DNA of 64,000 bases from Eledone cirrhosa (GCA_964016885.1 OZ024741.1:171306001-171370000); one strand, 5' to 3'. Numbered from the stretch's first letter, positions 13,678 through 28,981 are shown. Numbers and translations are program-made. Notes: generated by a model from the letters alone, not told the origin.

Positions 13678-15075
13678 TTTTACGTATACACACACACACA
13701 ATGGTCAAAGTTCGCTGCCTTCCGGTATATGCAATTTGTGTGCGCCTATACCACGCCTCCCAAGTCACAAAAACAGACCAATCTCCAGTTTTTTCGAGTT
13801 GGCAATAGATTTTTCGAACAGACCCTTCTACCTAAGGTCTGAACGCATCCTTTGTTATCGCGCGTGAAGAACGATGCGTTATAGATATTTTTTTTTTTGT
13901 TCCTCTCACCATATTGCTGTTGCAGTTTCGGTGGTCTTATTCGCGAACTGTCACAAATCCGGTACTTCGTTAAATCCGCGAAGACTAGGCTTGTTTAGAG
14001 GCGGCCTTTACTTGCCTCAACATAGCTACGTCACTGGATCGTGAGAGTTTTCTTGAAAGCTACAGATGTCATCCATTGATCCATCTCCCCTAGTAGTTTT
14101 CCGCTGTTGGTCCAGGGTTGCTTATTCGTCCGAGATTTGGTCGCTTTTATCGCAATTAACATTCATATCTAGCAGCCGTATCGCAATCCACTACTCGTTC
14201 TCTAACAGAACAGCTCTGCCAAGAAATATCGAAATTTGATGAGATTAATATATTCAGTGACAGTCAGTTTCGCCTCTTGTCTCTTCAGGCATACAACTAT
14301 AGTTTTATGTATGTGTATGTATGTGTGTGGCAATGAGTATGTGTGAGCATGTGTCTGTATGTGTGAATAAGTCTGTATGTAAGTATGAGTATTTCAGCGT
14401 GTATTAGAGTATGTATGCGTGTGTATGCGTGTGTTTGAGTATGCAGAGTGTGTATGCGTGTGTTTCCATGTGTTTGCGTGTGTTGGTGTGTTTGTGAGTG
14501 TGTCTGTGCGCGAATGCATGTGAGAAATTGAGAATGTATGTGAGAGTGTGTGGGAGTGTATGCGTGTTTGTGTATGAGTGTGTATGAGTATGTGTGTATG
14601 TGTGTATGTGCGTGTGTGCATATGCCTGTATGTGTATATGCGTGTGTATGCGTATGTGTATGTGTGTAAACTAGAAATTCCTCTGAAGAATATGGTAAAT
14701 GATAGAAGGAAGCTAATGTATTGGTGGCGGGGACTGGGAGGTTTTATGTCCAACATTGTGGGCTGGAAATTACAGGGTGGTTGTCAACATTTAAGAGAGA
14801 ATGTATGTGTCTGTGAAACATACACATATACACCAGGTCTGAATACAAAGGAACCAAACTCCCATTGTCACCGCTTCCGTCTCTCCAGCTCTCCCCATCT
14901 CTCACGACTTTGAGCAAATGCGGGTTCACGCGCTGGCTGCCCCGCTGCCTCATTGACCTGGCTACCCCGTGACCCCGGAGAACAGAATAGAGAGAGAAGG
15001 TGTTTGTCAAGATTTAAGAGAGTATGTTGTAGTGGGTAGTCTATTATTGATGCTTAGACAATTGTTGACGTTGCT

Positions 15076-15390
15076 GGTGGATTGACAGTATCGGTAGAGC
15101 GTCAGACATCATGCAATGCGGCATAGAGTTATGGCCCTTTACGTTCTGGGTTCAAATCCCGCCGAAGTTAACTTTGCCTTTCATCCTAACGGGGTCGAAA
15201 AAACAAAGCCCCAGCAATGCACTGGAGTAATTGCTGGCCTTATACCAAAAGTAGAAACAATTATTCAAATATTGCTGGCCTTATACCAAAAGTAGAAACA
15301 ATTATTCAAATATTGCTGGCCTTATACCAAAAGTAGAAACAATTATTCAAATATTGCTGGCCTTATACCAAAAGTAGAAACAATTATTCA
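15076..15390 (+). mobile_element. SINE family 1 with its 41-bp tail repeated four times
   Basis: GTTCAAATCCC B box and CTTTGCCTTTCATCC core; TTGCTGGCCTTATACC starts at 15231, 15272, 15313 and 15354. Confidence 0.88.
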
Positions 15391-15760
15391 AGTAGCTAAG
15401 TGATAAGGCGCAAATTAATTAAGCTTATGGATAAACATACGATTATGTATAGAAACAAATAAAGGAATGTGAAAATAAAAATACAGGTAAAAATAAATAA
15501 TTTGAAAATGAACATACAGTAAAAATTGTAGAGCTTCATAATGAGATAATCTAGTTGTTAATTAGTAAACAAGTAGTTCTGTAGCTACTTATGTAGTGGT
15601 ATTAACGAGGTTTGAGGATGAGGGCGAGATTTTATGATAACTCTAGTGACAGTGTGAGTTGTAGGATGGAATGGGGCTTGCATATGTGAATGACGGATGT
15701 GGTGAGAGGGTACAAGTGCTTACATGAGTAATGAAATGTGATAATATTTATATATACTCT

Positions 15761-15890
<130 letters not shown>

Positions 15891-15954
15891 TGATAAGGGA
15901 CTCATTTTATAACATGTTATCCATGTGCAACCATGCAGTATTCTTCTCCCCATT

Positions 15955-15985
<31 letters not shown>

Positions 15986-16142
15986 GGCATACGTCAAGAC
16001 GGGCGGTCTGGAAAGTGAAAGTAATTTTTGACACTGTGAATTTTTTTTTTTTTTTTACAACAGGTCTCAATAGTGTAATTTATGATACACACGCAATTGT
16101 ATGGATTTCTTAATATATATATATGTGTGCCCGTCTTGACGT

Positions 16143-16147
<5 letters not shown>
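15986..16147 (+). mobile_element. MITE-like element with 19-bp TIRs in (TA)n
   Basis: GGCATACGTCAAGACGGGC ... GCCCGTCTTGACGTATGCC. Confidence 0.75.
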
Positions 16148-16237
<90 letters not shown>

Positions 16238-16248
16238 GTGTGTATATA

Positions 16249-16290
<42 letters not shown>

Positions 16291-16548
16291 GTGTGTGTTT
16301 TTCTTTATATATTTGTTTACAATCTACTGTCTCTCACTACATCATTATAAGTCAGAACTATGAGAAAACAAACCCTATACTATTACATCGTTTGAACGTC
16401 TAACTAGGAAGAACCGAATTATAATATCTAATATATATTTATATATATATAGTTATTTAAAAAGTCTACTTCTGTCCTCGCCATACACAGAGCCCTTGCT
16501 ACATCTAACTAATATCAATCGATGTCCAGTTTTTAGTAATCTTTCAAT

Positions 16549-16586
<38 letters not shown>

Positions 16587-16591
<5 letters not shown>

Positions 16592-16746
16592 ACGTCAAGA
16601 CGGGCACACATATATATATATTAAGAAATCAATACAATTGCGTGTGTATCATAAATTACACTATTGAGACCTGTTGTAAAAAAAAAAAAAAAAAAATTCA
16701 CAGTGTCAAAAATTACTTTCACTTTCCGGACCGCCCGTCTTGACGT

Positions 16747-16751
<5 letters not shown>
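16587..16751 (-). mobile_element. Inverted second copy of the same TIR element
   Basis: Near-identical reverse complement of 15986-16147. Confidence 0.75.
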
Positions 16752-16832
<81 letters not shown>

Positions 16833-17985
16833 GTAATAATAATAAATTTGAAGACTAAAATCCAAAGAGGGCTCGATAAGGATAAATATATATCAAATAT
16901 ATAAGAACCGTAGAGCAAATATTTATTAAAATAACAGATTAAATTTTAAGCAAAGAATCGCTGCTTTCACCCTTAACGGGATCTTCTGAAACTAACAAAG
17001 TCAATCTGTAAACGCAGAATTGAATATTTCAAAAACGTTGCAACCGGAGGAAAACAGAAAGACGATACTTTGGTTCGTGGGAACTTTCCCTGGCAAAGAA
17101 CGGGAAAAAACGAATATAATACGTCATTAATAGGAGCGGTGAAAAACAATTACACGCAAAGACCGAACCACGTTTATGGTATAAAAGAAGTCGTAGACTA
17201 ATGTTCTCTTAGGAGGTTCATAGAGACGTTCTCTGGCAATGAACGGAAAAAATGAAGGTACTACGTCATATGTGGAGCGTGGAGAACAATTGCACGCAAA
17301 GACAAAACCACGTAAATGGTATAGCAGAAGTCGTAGACTAAAATTCTAACTAGGACTTCTGTATTGTATTTATTTACTTTGTTCTTAACTCTGAAGCGGA
17401 GATTCATTCGGTCGCCTAGTTGTCTGTTGGAAAGGTACGAAACGTGTCCTCCGCTGATCGTTGTTTTGAATATCTGAGATATTCAGCAGAGCTTGAGCGC
17501 GTGAAATGGGGTCGGTCAAGCAGAGGTTGGCGGCCGAAATAGTTCGTTCAATTGTGGGAGTGGAGTGGCGTTAGCTGTCAGTCCATTGCATTATCTGCGC
17601 TGTTGAATGTGTGTGGTTGTGATAATAGTTACTGTGTGTGTGTGTGTGCGCGTGTGTTGTTGTCTCGCTTGAGTGTGTGTGTGTGTGTGTGCGCGTGTTG
17701 CTGCCTCGTTCGTCTGTATTAGCAGTGTAGTATGTTCGTGTGGTGGAATGCTACTGTGTGTGTGTGTGTGTGCGTGTGTTGCTGTCTCGCGTGTGTGTGT
17801 GTGTGCGTGTGTTGTTGCATCGTTTGTTTACTTAAACCAACCATCTCATTTCGCTTCTCTCGGATCGGTTGTTTCTTTATGGCCCTAGGCGTTTGATCCA
17901 AAGTGCTTCCTTGATTCTTAATGTGCCGACGTTTCTTTCTGTCGCAAGAATTGTGACAATGGGCCTTCCGTCTTTGTTTCCGCAT
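16833..17985 (-). mobile_element. Penelope-like element 3' remnant (GIY-YIG C-terminus plus pLTR-like end)
   Basis: ILATERNVGTLRIKEALWIKRLGP matches the GIY-YIG R..E..I..P motif; the terminal segment recurs inverted at 49515-49685. Confidence 0.65.
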
Positions 17986-18024
17986 ATATATATATATACA
18001 TATATATAATTTAAAATTATAATA

Positions 18025-18667
<643 letters not shown>

Positions 18668-18704
18668 CATATATATATAATATATATATATGTATATATA
18701 TATG

Positions 18705-18765
<61 letters not shown>

Positions 18766-19419
18766 GTATATATGTATATATGTGTGCGTGTGCGTATGTG
18801 TTTTCATATAAACAGATACACATTCGCATATACACACATGTACATACCCCAGGATGTTTCATGATAGAAAGGTACCTACCGAAATTCTCAATAAGGAACA
18901 GAAAGCTTTCAAATGTAAATACAAAGTAAGAATTTGAAACGGGTACATACAGCGCGTTGAAAGCAAATATATTGAAGGTGTCTACGATCAAACAGAGAAA
19001 TAAAGGCGATGCTAATACTAGAACAGTCAGTCAGAGAATAGAAGTGAGACTAGTGAAAGGGGAGTAGAGCTTGGAGGCGTTAGAATGGCATTCTGGGAAG
19101 ACAAGAAGGGAAATGAGAAATAAATAAGACAAGATAGTGTGAAAGATTGAACGAAACATTTGCCTGTTAAAAAGTGTAAACAACCTATGTGGCACATCTG
19201 TATCTGTTTAGGCAAAACATGAACAACATTATATACAAAATACAGACACACGGGGACAACACAGAAAATAATGCTTTCCACTTCAGTCACCCATTATATG
19301 TTACGTAACAAGCCGTTACATAACTAGCCGTTACGTAACAAGCTGGTTTTCAGGCATACGGGGTAGCGAACCTATAGCTGCACCAGTAACTAAAAATGTG
19401 TTTGCGTGTATGTCTAATG

Positions 19420-20390
19420 TTTGGTGTGTGTGTTGGCGTTTGAGTGTAATTGTTTTGGTTTTCGTACTCGATCTTTGTTTACTGGTGTGTGTTTATATGT
19501 GTTTGTTGTTATTGTACCTGTGTGTATATATATTTATTTATATTTCCCTGAAGTTAGTATAGTTTGTTTGGTTATGTTTGTATGCTTCTCTGATTTGTCT
19601 ACCTTTTGAGTCATTTCTATGTTTAGATATTATTTTAATTTCTATGTTGTCTATGTTACCGTCATGTCTTTGTCTGGGGTGTTCGTATAGTACTGAACCG
19701 GTTTTCTTTTGTTCTTTTAGTCCCCCCCCCCCCAGGTGTTGGTCTATTCTTTCTCCTATGCTTCGAGCTGTCTCACCTATGTATGTCGTTGTCATGTTTC
19801 TGCAAGTACCCTCTGTATATCTTATACTATAGACTACATTTCTACTTTTACAGTTTATCTGGGGATTAACTTTACATATAACACATTTCTTATTTGTACA
19901 GTGGGTTTTCTTAAAGGCGTATGTTTAGGTGATCAGGGATTTTATGGTAGTTCCTGGCTTTTCTACCACTTTAATCTTTAAATGAGTCTTTCGTAGGGCC
20001 TTTCTACATTGGTGAGCTAATTTCCCTCCAAGGGTAGCGTCCACGAACATGGCACTCTGGTATCTCTGGTTGTCGTACATGTTTAGTCCTATCTAAGCTA
20101 TTCCAGGATTTGCTCCTGTATAATGGGCAAATTCCTTTCATGTCCAGTTCTATGAGGGCCTTATATTTCTCCTTGGCTCCTTTATATATTCTGATTCTGT
20201 CTGATTCTCTTTGGTTTTAGCTAGAGTACTGCATGCGGTTGGTGAAATGTTGGATGTGTCATCCATTTAAGTTGGGTCGCACATGCGGGACACGTTCTTC
20301 ATCATTTGTACCAAGTCTGCGATCAGAATAGTAAACTTAGCACTGTTGGATATTGTTGAGTTTTTTAGTATCAGGTATTTGGAGGTCATG
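19420..20390 (-). pseudogene. Penelope-like retrotransposon: RT C-terminus and GIY-YIG endonuclease, decayed
   Basis: NCKSRNVVYSI then TYIGETARSIGERIDQH...SVLYEH...RQIREA, the GIY-YIG signature of Penelope elements. Confidence 0.88.
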
Positions 20391-20466
<76 letters not shown>

Positions 20467-20475
20467 TATATACAC

Positions 20476-20548
<73 letters not shown>

Positions 20549-20653
20549 TATATATACATATATATATATACACGAACACACACATGTATATATATATATA
20601 CACACACACATATATATATACACACATATATATATATACATATATATATATAC

Positions 20654-20776
<123 letters not shown>

Positions 20777-20804
20777 TATATATATACATACATACATATA
20801 TATA

Positions 20805-20889
<85 letters not shown>

Positions 20890-20939
20890 GATACCATCAA
20901 CACCATAAACACAGAGCTGGCATATCTAAGAACTGACTA

Positions 20940-20995
20940 ACTGCCTGATGAGGTCACAGCCATTCAATGGTTATCATCGAAATATATATACCAGT
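20940..20995 (+). ncRNA. Type I hammerhead ribozyme, family C variant
   Basis: actgc CTGATGA ggtcacagcca..tggttatcatc GAAA tatata TA ccagt (one stem I mismatch); inverted partner at 21894-21947 has a 2-nt core deletion. Confidence 0.75.
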
Positions 20996-21053
20996 AAATA
21001 AAGGATTATGAGTTCATGCAATTGACTTATGTTTCGTAACTATATATATATAT

Positions 21054-21806
21054 CCAACGACTTTTTTTTAGCCGTTGCTCGCACCAACCGGGGGTATATG
21101 GTCTTTAAAGCGATGAAATACCAATGATGGTTGGAAGATCACTGATGAAGGACTAACTTTATTCATATGTAACCCATTAGCAGCCACGCAGCACGTTTAT
21201 TCTCATATTTACACATATTTTTTCCCCCGCTGTGACCCGTCTATTTCGTTCTTACTGCTTCCTCTTTCTCTGTATCTTTACCCTCTCTAACAGTCACTCT
21301 CTCTGTTAGCCTCTCCCTCACCCTTCACTCACTCACTCTCTGTTACTACCTCTCCTCCTCCTCCTCCTCCTCCTTCTACCCGTTTGACCTGTGCGTAATT
21401 CTTTTCTTTCGCACCCTTGGTCAGGCAGGTCGCTTTTTTTCTCTCTCTCGTCTACGATTTCACAGAATTTACGTTCACCGAATTCACAGACTAGATCCCT
21501 TCTTCCTCCCGTTAGACCTGTACGGAATTCCTTCCTTGCTCACATTCCAACCAGGTTTGATGGTCTTTATTCTCTCTCGTTCACGATTTCACCGAACTTA
21601 TATTCTTGGAAATTTGGGACTTGACTCCTTCTTCCTCACCTTTCGTTGCTTCACCATCTTTGTTTGTTTACACTCTCGTGTCCCCTTTATTTACGTGTCC
21701 CAACGACTTTTTTTAGCCGTTGCTCGCACCAACCGGAGGTATATGGTCTTTAAAGCGATGAAATACCAATGATGGTTGGAAGATCACTGATGAAGGACTA
21801 ACTTTA

Positions 21807-21810
<4 letters not shown>
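21054..21810 (+). mobile_element. Family G repeat, tandem ends with ~645-bp period
   Basis: CCAACGACTTTTTTTAGCCGTTGCTCGCACC..CACTGATGAAGGAC at ~21054 and ~21699; also at ~46455-46655 and ~60625-60810. Confidence 0.8.
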
Positions 21811-21849
<39 letters not shown>

Positions 21850-21998
21850 TGACGAAACATAAGTCAATTGCATGAACTCATAATCCTTTATTTACTGCTA
21901 TATATATTTCGATGATAGCCATTAAATGGCTGTGACCATCAGGCAGTTAGTCAGTTCTTAGATATGCCAGCTCTGAGCTTATGGTGTTGATGTTATCA

Positions 21999-22061
<63 letters not shown>

Positions 22062-22125
22062 ATATATATATATATGTCTGTATATATATATATATGTCTG
22101 TATATATATATATATATATATGTAT

Positions 22126-22353
22126 ATTAGAAATTAAAAATTATAAGCTTTCACCGTATTTTAGACTAAAGAAATTTCTAGCCTGATAGTGGGGTTTATA
22201 ACCCTCGGAGAAATGGAAAAAGATGAGTGTTGCCGTACATGAACGGCAACACTCCTCTTTTTCCATTTCTCCGAGGGTTATAAACCCCACTATCAGGCTA
22301 GAAATTTCTTTAGTCTAAAATACGGTGAAAGCTTATAATTTCTAATTTCTAAT
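22126..22353. repeat. ~110-bp-arm palindrome with a one-sided tail
   Basis: Arms meet at GTGTTGCCGT acatga ACGGCAACAC; tail CTCGCGCACCG.. on the right only. Confidence 0.9.
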
Positions 22354-22430
22354 TTCAAACTCGCGCACCGTTTCAAAAACATACTTAAATGTTTACGTTT
22401 ATAATTTGCTTGTATATATATATATATGTA

Positions 22431-22618
22431 GGGCGGTGGATTTGCAGTATCAGTAGAGGGTCGGACGCCATGCTTTCCAGCATAGTTACGCCCCTTTACG
22501 ATTTGAGTTCAAATCCCGCCGAGGTTGACTTTGCTTTTCATCCTTACGGGGTCGATAAAATAAAGTACCAGTAATGCACAGGTTATTTGCTGGCCTTGTG
22601 CCTAAAGTAGAAACAATA
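22431..22618 (+). mobile_element. SINE family 1
   Basis: GTTCAAATCCCGCCGAGGTTGACTTTGC..GGGGTCGATAAAATAAAGTACCAG. Confidence 0.88.
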
Positions 22619-22792
22619 TATGTATATATATATGTGTGTATATATATATATGTGTGTGTATATATATATATATATACATGTGTGTGTTCGTGTATATATA
22701 TATATGTATATATATATATGTATATATATTTATGTACATAGATATGTATATATATATATGTATATATATATATATGTATATATGTATATATA

Positions 22793-22865
<73 letters not shown>

Positions 22866-22965
22866 TTGTGTGTTTGTGTATATATATATATGTTTATAGA
22901 TATATATATGTAATATGTATATATATATATATATATATGTGCGTGTGTGTATATATATGTATATG

Positions 22966-23026
<61 letters not shown>

Positions 23027-23074
23027 ATATATATGTGTATATATATATATATATGTATATATATGTAATATGTA

Positions 23075-23113
<39 letters not shown>

Positions 23114-23348
23114 TGAGAATACATTGTTTCTTTGACGGGCGGAAACTTCGTGGCAGTCAGTCGTGTGTGTTTGTCAGAAGTAGCTCTAATATAATACAGC
23201 TCATCATGGGTCTGTATATAAGCATATAGGATGTTTATGTTAAACAAACAGACGAGGCTCTCTACGACTTTTTTAAAGATGTCATATTGTCACCTCTATC
23301 TCAGTCTCGTATAAACTTTCTTATACACCCCTTTGATACATATATGTA

Positions 23349-23426
<78 letters not shown>

Positions 23427-23435
23427 GTGCGGTGC

Positions 23436-23474
<39 letters not shown>

Positions 23475-25929
23475 TGTGTGCGATTTTTGCCCTCAAAGAA
23501 ATAATTCACTCACAAAGCTTTAGTCAATCCGAGTTTACAGTAAAAGACACTTTCTTTGTTCCGCCCGCGCCGTGATGCCTAATACGAAATCACTTCGCTG
23601 TGAAAGGAACTTCTTAAATGATTATGCCTGCATCACTCTATGTTTTGTATACATCATACATTTCTGTGTGTATATATCCTTTGCTATCACATACTGCCAA
23701 TGTCATTCTTGTTTCAGTTGCTGACGAAACTCGACATCTCACTTCAGAACCCTAAAGACCAGTGTTCACCTGCTATCTCAGTCTACGCTGACCAGACACA
23801 AGTATCGTCTCATTCCCTCACAAACAAGTGTCAACCAGTTATCTCAGACCACTACAGACTAGACTGCAGCTGTCTTCTCCGTTTCTGCTACAAACATGAC
23901 TACATCCACCACATCTCCAGGCCGTGAAATAGGTCCATCTATGCTTAAAAGTCCACTTCACATCAGATTACTTCGACCAAAAATCCTGCCCCGCATACAT
24001 AGCAGTCAAACTATCTTTTTCGACCGAAGACGGTATTCCATAAATGGTTTAATTCGACCAACGGCTAAAATCTACAAGAGAATTCTGGCTGCCACTAACA
24101 AACATCCACCAGCTATCTCAGATAAATCCAAGCGTATATACAGTAAGAGGTTCAATCCAGCAATGGATAGAGCTGACCTGTCACCTAAAAACAGAGCAAA
24201 CCAGATTCCATCAGTCCCCTCTGTCCGCCACGCAACAGGTTTCCCCGGATGCCCCGATCGACCACAGTTCAAATCTATCCAGGAATTTCACAGATTTCTT
24301 TCTCAGAAACCAGTGCTCACTATTTTTCCCAATCGACCACGAACTAGATACGTCTCACCAAAATGGTTTGCCACAGACAGTGCTCCACCAATAATAACAG
24401 ACCTATAGAAACTGTACATGTATATCAAAATATTAAACTTCATCATACACATGATGTAAGTCATTATTTACTCAGCAAAGTCCTTTTTCTATGAGGCTTA
24501 GCAGGATTACGACAATTTAATAAACACACGCACACACTCATTTCAATATATGTATATAAATGTGCATGTGTGTATATGAATGCGTTAAACGGTGGTTCTT
24601 CGTGCTATATTTAAGTCACGATTGCCATGGAGCAGGTCAATATGCATAGGCATTGTTACATAATTAATAAAACAGTACAGCCTGAAGAAACTTAAGTTCT
24701 GTGTCAGCTTATAAACAGCAAATATAAATATATATCTATATTTCACACTTCTATAGGTTGAACTAGCTTCCCACAAGGTTGCATCTCAAGGGATGTTTCT
24801 TGTGTGTTTTAATGGTCAGGGTAAATACATATGAATTTAAATGATAAATATATATATATAGATATAAATAGTTCAAATTATTCAAACGTTGGAACAAATT
24901 ATACACTGCAGCAGGGAAAAGGAACGTTTAACTTTCTGGGATGAAGCATTTAGATATGCAGATAATGAAGAAAACAGTACTTCACTGCGTATTAGTATTG
25001 ATACATAAGAATGACTAAAACAGCTTCAAAATCATTTGTCAGGCTAGACTGTCATCAGTAAGCAAATAAACTATTACAACACTCATGTCAATTCAATGTC
25101 TTGTATTTATTAATGAATATTTGGTTAGCGACGTTTGTATTTTATTGGCAAATGTCTTGACATTACACAAAAGAAAAATAGGTGATCAGACTGATAAATA
25201 TAGCAGTGAGCACCAATATATTCCAGCAGCCAGCAGACCAACGTAAAGTTTGTTTCATTATATCATATAAAGTACCAGTAATGCACTGGATAATTGCTGG
25301 CCTTGTGCCTAAAGTAGAAACAATTATATCATATTTATTGCAGAGTAAATCTTAATAAATCATATCCATCCATACTCACTTGCATGTGCCATTGTCTTGT
25401 ATTCCCCCTTCTATTCGGTTTGTTTACTTCGTTTTTTTTCTCTTTCCCTTTTTTTTCTTTCTTCCTCTCTTTTAACTATTATTTCTTTCCCTCGTGGCTT
25501 TTTGATGGATAAAAGGCCTCGGGCGCGCTGCCGATCGATGTCCTGTTTTTAAGCGTCGAAACATCTATGATCCGCAGTAAACAGCTAATGAACGGCTCCT
25601 TTTTTATTCTCTTGTTTACGTCCCTATAACCATATTACGCTTTGTTTACAGTAACCAAACAGCCTGCCTCTTGTATGTTTATATATATTATATGTACAGG
25701 GTGGGCCAGAATTCATGACTCGTTTGTTAGTTATATTTATTAACATGCTTATTTTATTGTTATTAATTAAATGTGTACATGTGTCTGCTTACCGTATCTT
25801 GTTCATGATCTTATGCCTGTCTTATATTATATTCCTTAACTTGTTTTATAACATTTTGTGTTAATAGATCAATAAATAATCAAGTGAATCAGGAATTCTG
25901 GTCCACTCTGTTTTTATATATATATTTTT

Positions 25930-26996
25930 CTAGGGCGGGTAAAATTCCCGAGATCCATGACGAGTTCTCTCCAGCGTCCTCTGTCCCTCATTATCGCTGC
26001 CATGTCCTGCGTCTCCAACAGACCAGTGTCTGTCCTTAGGGCATCAACATACGTTAACCTTGGTCTTCCTCTTCCAGTGTGTCCATGTAGGGGCTCCCAC
26101 AGGAGCACTGAGTGCAATGTCAACTCTGGATGTCGGTGAGCATGTCCAGCTAACCTCAGTCACCTCTGTGTCACTTTTGAGCTGACTTTTGGGAGGCTCC
26201 CATACAGCTCTGAGTTTTTTTTATCCTCAGTGTATACTGATTAATGTTCAGAGCCATCCTCAGCATTTTCGTGTAGCACTCATCCACTATCTGAGTGAGT
26301 TGCTTGGTCAGTGTCAAAGTCTCAGACCCGTACAACAGCACATACTCCACTACAGCAATGAAGAGGCGGATTTTCAGGTCTTTACGAAGGTCCAACTTCC
26401 ACACAGATTCAAGCTGTGGCACGCCGCCCAGGCTTTGCTCTTCCTCTCAACCACTTCATCTTCCGTATTCCCAATCTTTGCTCCCAAATACAGGAAGTCC
26501 TCAACCAATTCTAGCGGCTTCCCGCCTACATTAGTGATCCCCTCTGGCTTCTCAACATTCTCTACCAGATATTTTGTTTTAGTCTCATTCATTCTCAGCC
26601 CCACACTCATCGACACAGTCTCAACCTCCTGCATCAAATCCTCTGCCTCCTTCACTGTATTTGTCACCAAAACTATGTCGTCGGCAAATTCAGCATCTGA
26701 TACCTTTTTCACCTTAACTCTCCTGCTCTGAGCCGGTGCTACAGTAACGCCAGAGTCCTGGTGTTTCTCCAGTGTAAGGCGCATACAATAGTCCACTACG
26801 ATAATAAAAGGTAGGGAGCCAATGTATCTCCCTGGAGCACTCCAGCCAGTATCTCAAAGAACTCTGTCATCCCATCAGGTGTAATGACTTGGGCTTTGGT
26901 GTTGGTGTAGAGCAGTGATATCAGGTCCACTATCTTCTTGGGGATTCCATAAGCCTGTAAGATCTTTATCAGGCAGTGACGATCCACAGAATCAAA

Positions 26997-26998
<2 letters not shown>
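25930..26998 (-). pseudogene. RTE-clade LINE RT and C-terminus, 5'-truncated, frameshifted
   Basis: AFDSVDR, GVLQGDTLAPYL, EFADDIVL, DFLYLG, LLYGSET, GRGRPRLTYVD. Confidence 0.93.
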
Positions 26999-27074
<76 letters not shown>

Positions 27075-27331
27075 TGTATGTATGTATGTATGTATGTATG
27101 TATGTATGTGTATGTATATATATGTATGTGTATGTATATGTGTATGTATATGTATGTATATATAGTGGTAAAACACTGGGATGTTATATCCGTAGTAAGT
27201 AGAGCACTCAATCCATAGGACGAGTTCGGTACTCGAGTTGAGAATCCGTTGAATGAAACACGCGTCGTCGAGTATAGTTTACAAATTTTTTGCGAAACTA
27301 AATTTATATATGTGTGTGTGTGTGTGTGTGT

Positions 27332-27417
<86 letters not shown>

Positions 27418-28343
27418 CGCGCTGCCTGCACACTTTTAGTCTATATATATATATATACTACTGGCCCATCCGGCTGGCGCCAGCTAGGTATACCTGCCCC
27501 CACCACTCCACTGCAAAGATACCACACACCCTCCCGTGTCACATTGTCCTTCCGACTTCGTAGCAAAGGGGAGGAGCTACCGTAGAAATGAGTGTAAAAA
27601 GAAAGAGTTAAGCTGCGTTGTTAATATACATACATACATACATACATACATACGACCATCAGCTTTATAAGTATAGATATGTGTGTGTGTGTGTGTGTGT
27701 TTGTGTATGTGTATGTGTGTTTGTGTATGTGTGTATGTGCATATGTGTGTCTGTGTGTTTTGTTTTGATGTTATCTGGCAATTGGCGAAATCAGGTGTGA
27801 AAGTATGTGTATTTGTGTGTGTAGAGATAGAGGTGGAATGATCTATTATAGAGAGAGGGAAGAGCGACGGAGAGAGTAAAGCTAAGAAACTATAGGGAGG
27901 TGTGTAGGATACATACATAATACATACATACGACACTCAGCTTTATAATATTATAGATTTAGATACTAAAAGGCAGCCGGAATGTATAATAAGGATGTAT
28001 CTGTATAATTACAGAGTGTATAACCGAAACTACACAAACATGTATGGGATGCATATATACATATATCTATATATACCCATTCGCCCTTAGTATTATTCTG
28101 AAATGGACGTACTAATTTGCAAATAATTAGTGTTGGTAATTAAGATATATATTAAGAGGTGCGCTAGCAATCGAAGCATATGATAAATCTATATCTGTGT
28201 GTAACCGAGAATGCACTAATATGTATAAATATATACACATATCTGATTTGTAGGCATGTAAACATGTCAGAAAAACAGATTCATTGTGTAGTGAAAAAAA
28301 TTATCAAATTTAATCGATTTATAAAATAGTGGATCATATACAT

Positions 28344-28565
28344 CAGGCATGTGAAACATGCGGCTCGCGGGCCACGTTCGACCCTTTCCAAGTACACCTG
28401 CGGTCGGCCTGCACAAAGGTTTTCACAGCGCGAGCATGTTTTATCTTCGTAATTTAAAATACAAACAAATAGTTGTAATGTGTGCAGTTAGTTGTCGTGT
28501 GTGGCCCTCAGACAACACATATGTGATCATGTGGCACTCAGGGGACCCTCAGTTTGACATACCTG
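28344..28565. mobile_element. hAT-type MITE
   Basis: TIRs CAGGCATGTGAAAC / GTTTGACATACCTG; perfect 8-bp TSD ATATACAT at 28336-43 and 28566-73. Confidence 0.92.
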
Positions 28566-28928
28566 ATATACATGACTTCGAAAATCGATTACAAATGTTT
28601 ATCACTTTTTTTTTTTTTAATTCTCTGGGAAATTCGTATTTTCTGTCAGATTTACATGCATGTATATTAGACATGTGTTTATGTTTATACACGTTGAAGC
28701 AGTCTCAGTTACACACTCTATATTGATACAGATACAACTTTATCGTACACTTCGGAAACTAGCGAACTTTTAAATATATAGTTTAATTACCAATACGAGT
28801 GCTAGCTGTATGCGAATCAGTACGTCAATTTCAGAATAATAGTAATATCAAATGAGTGTATGTACCCACTAAATACGTACATGTTTGCTTCTGTAGGTTG
28901 GATAATATACACGTATTCTTATGAGGGA

Positions 28929-28981
<53 letters not shown>

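Noticed and set aside
14255-14295. CTGAAGA gacaagaggc GAAA on the minus strand
   Set aside because: Stem II is weak and stem I does not pair
16940-16995. CAGAAGA tccc gttaa gggt GAAA on the minus strand (also ~49545)
   Set aside because: U4 is substituted in both copies and stem I is ambiguous; plausible relic, not called
21110-21180. Family G CTGATGA as a hammerhead
   Set aside because: No downstream GAAA or stem III in any of four copies; a type II reading needs G at position 17 and has no stem I
22126-22353. miRNA precursor or hammerhead in the long palindrome
   Set aside because: Near-perfect arms with a one-sided tail match the TE inversion pattern; no CUGANGA found
25525-25577. CTGCCGA..GAAA catctatg motif
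   Set aside because: Core and cleavage site are both altered
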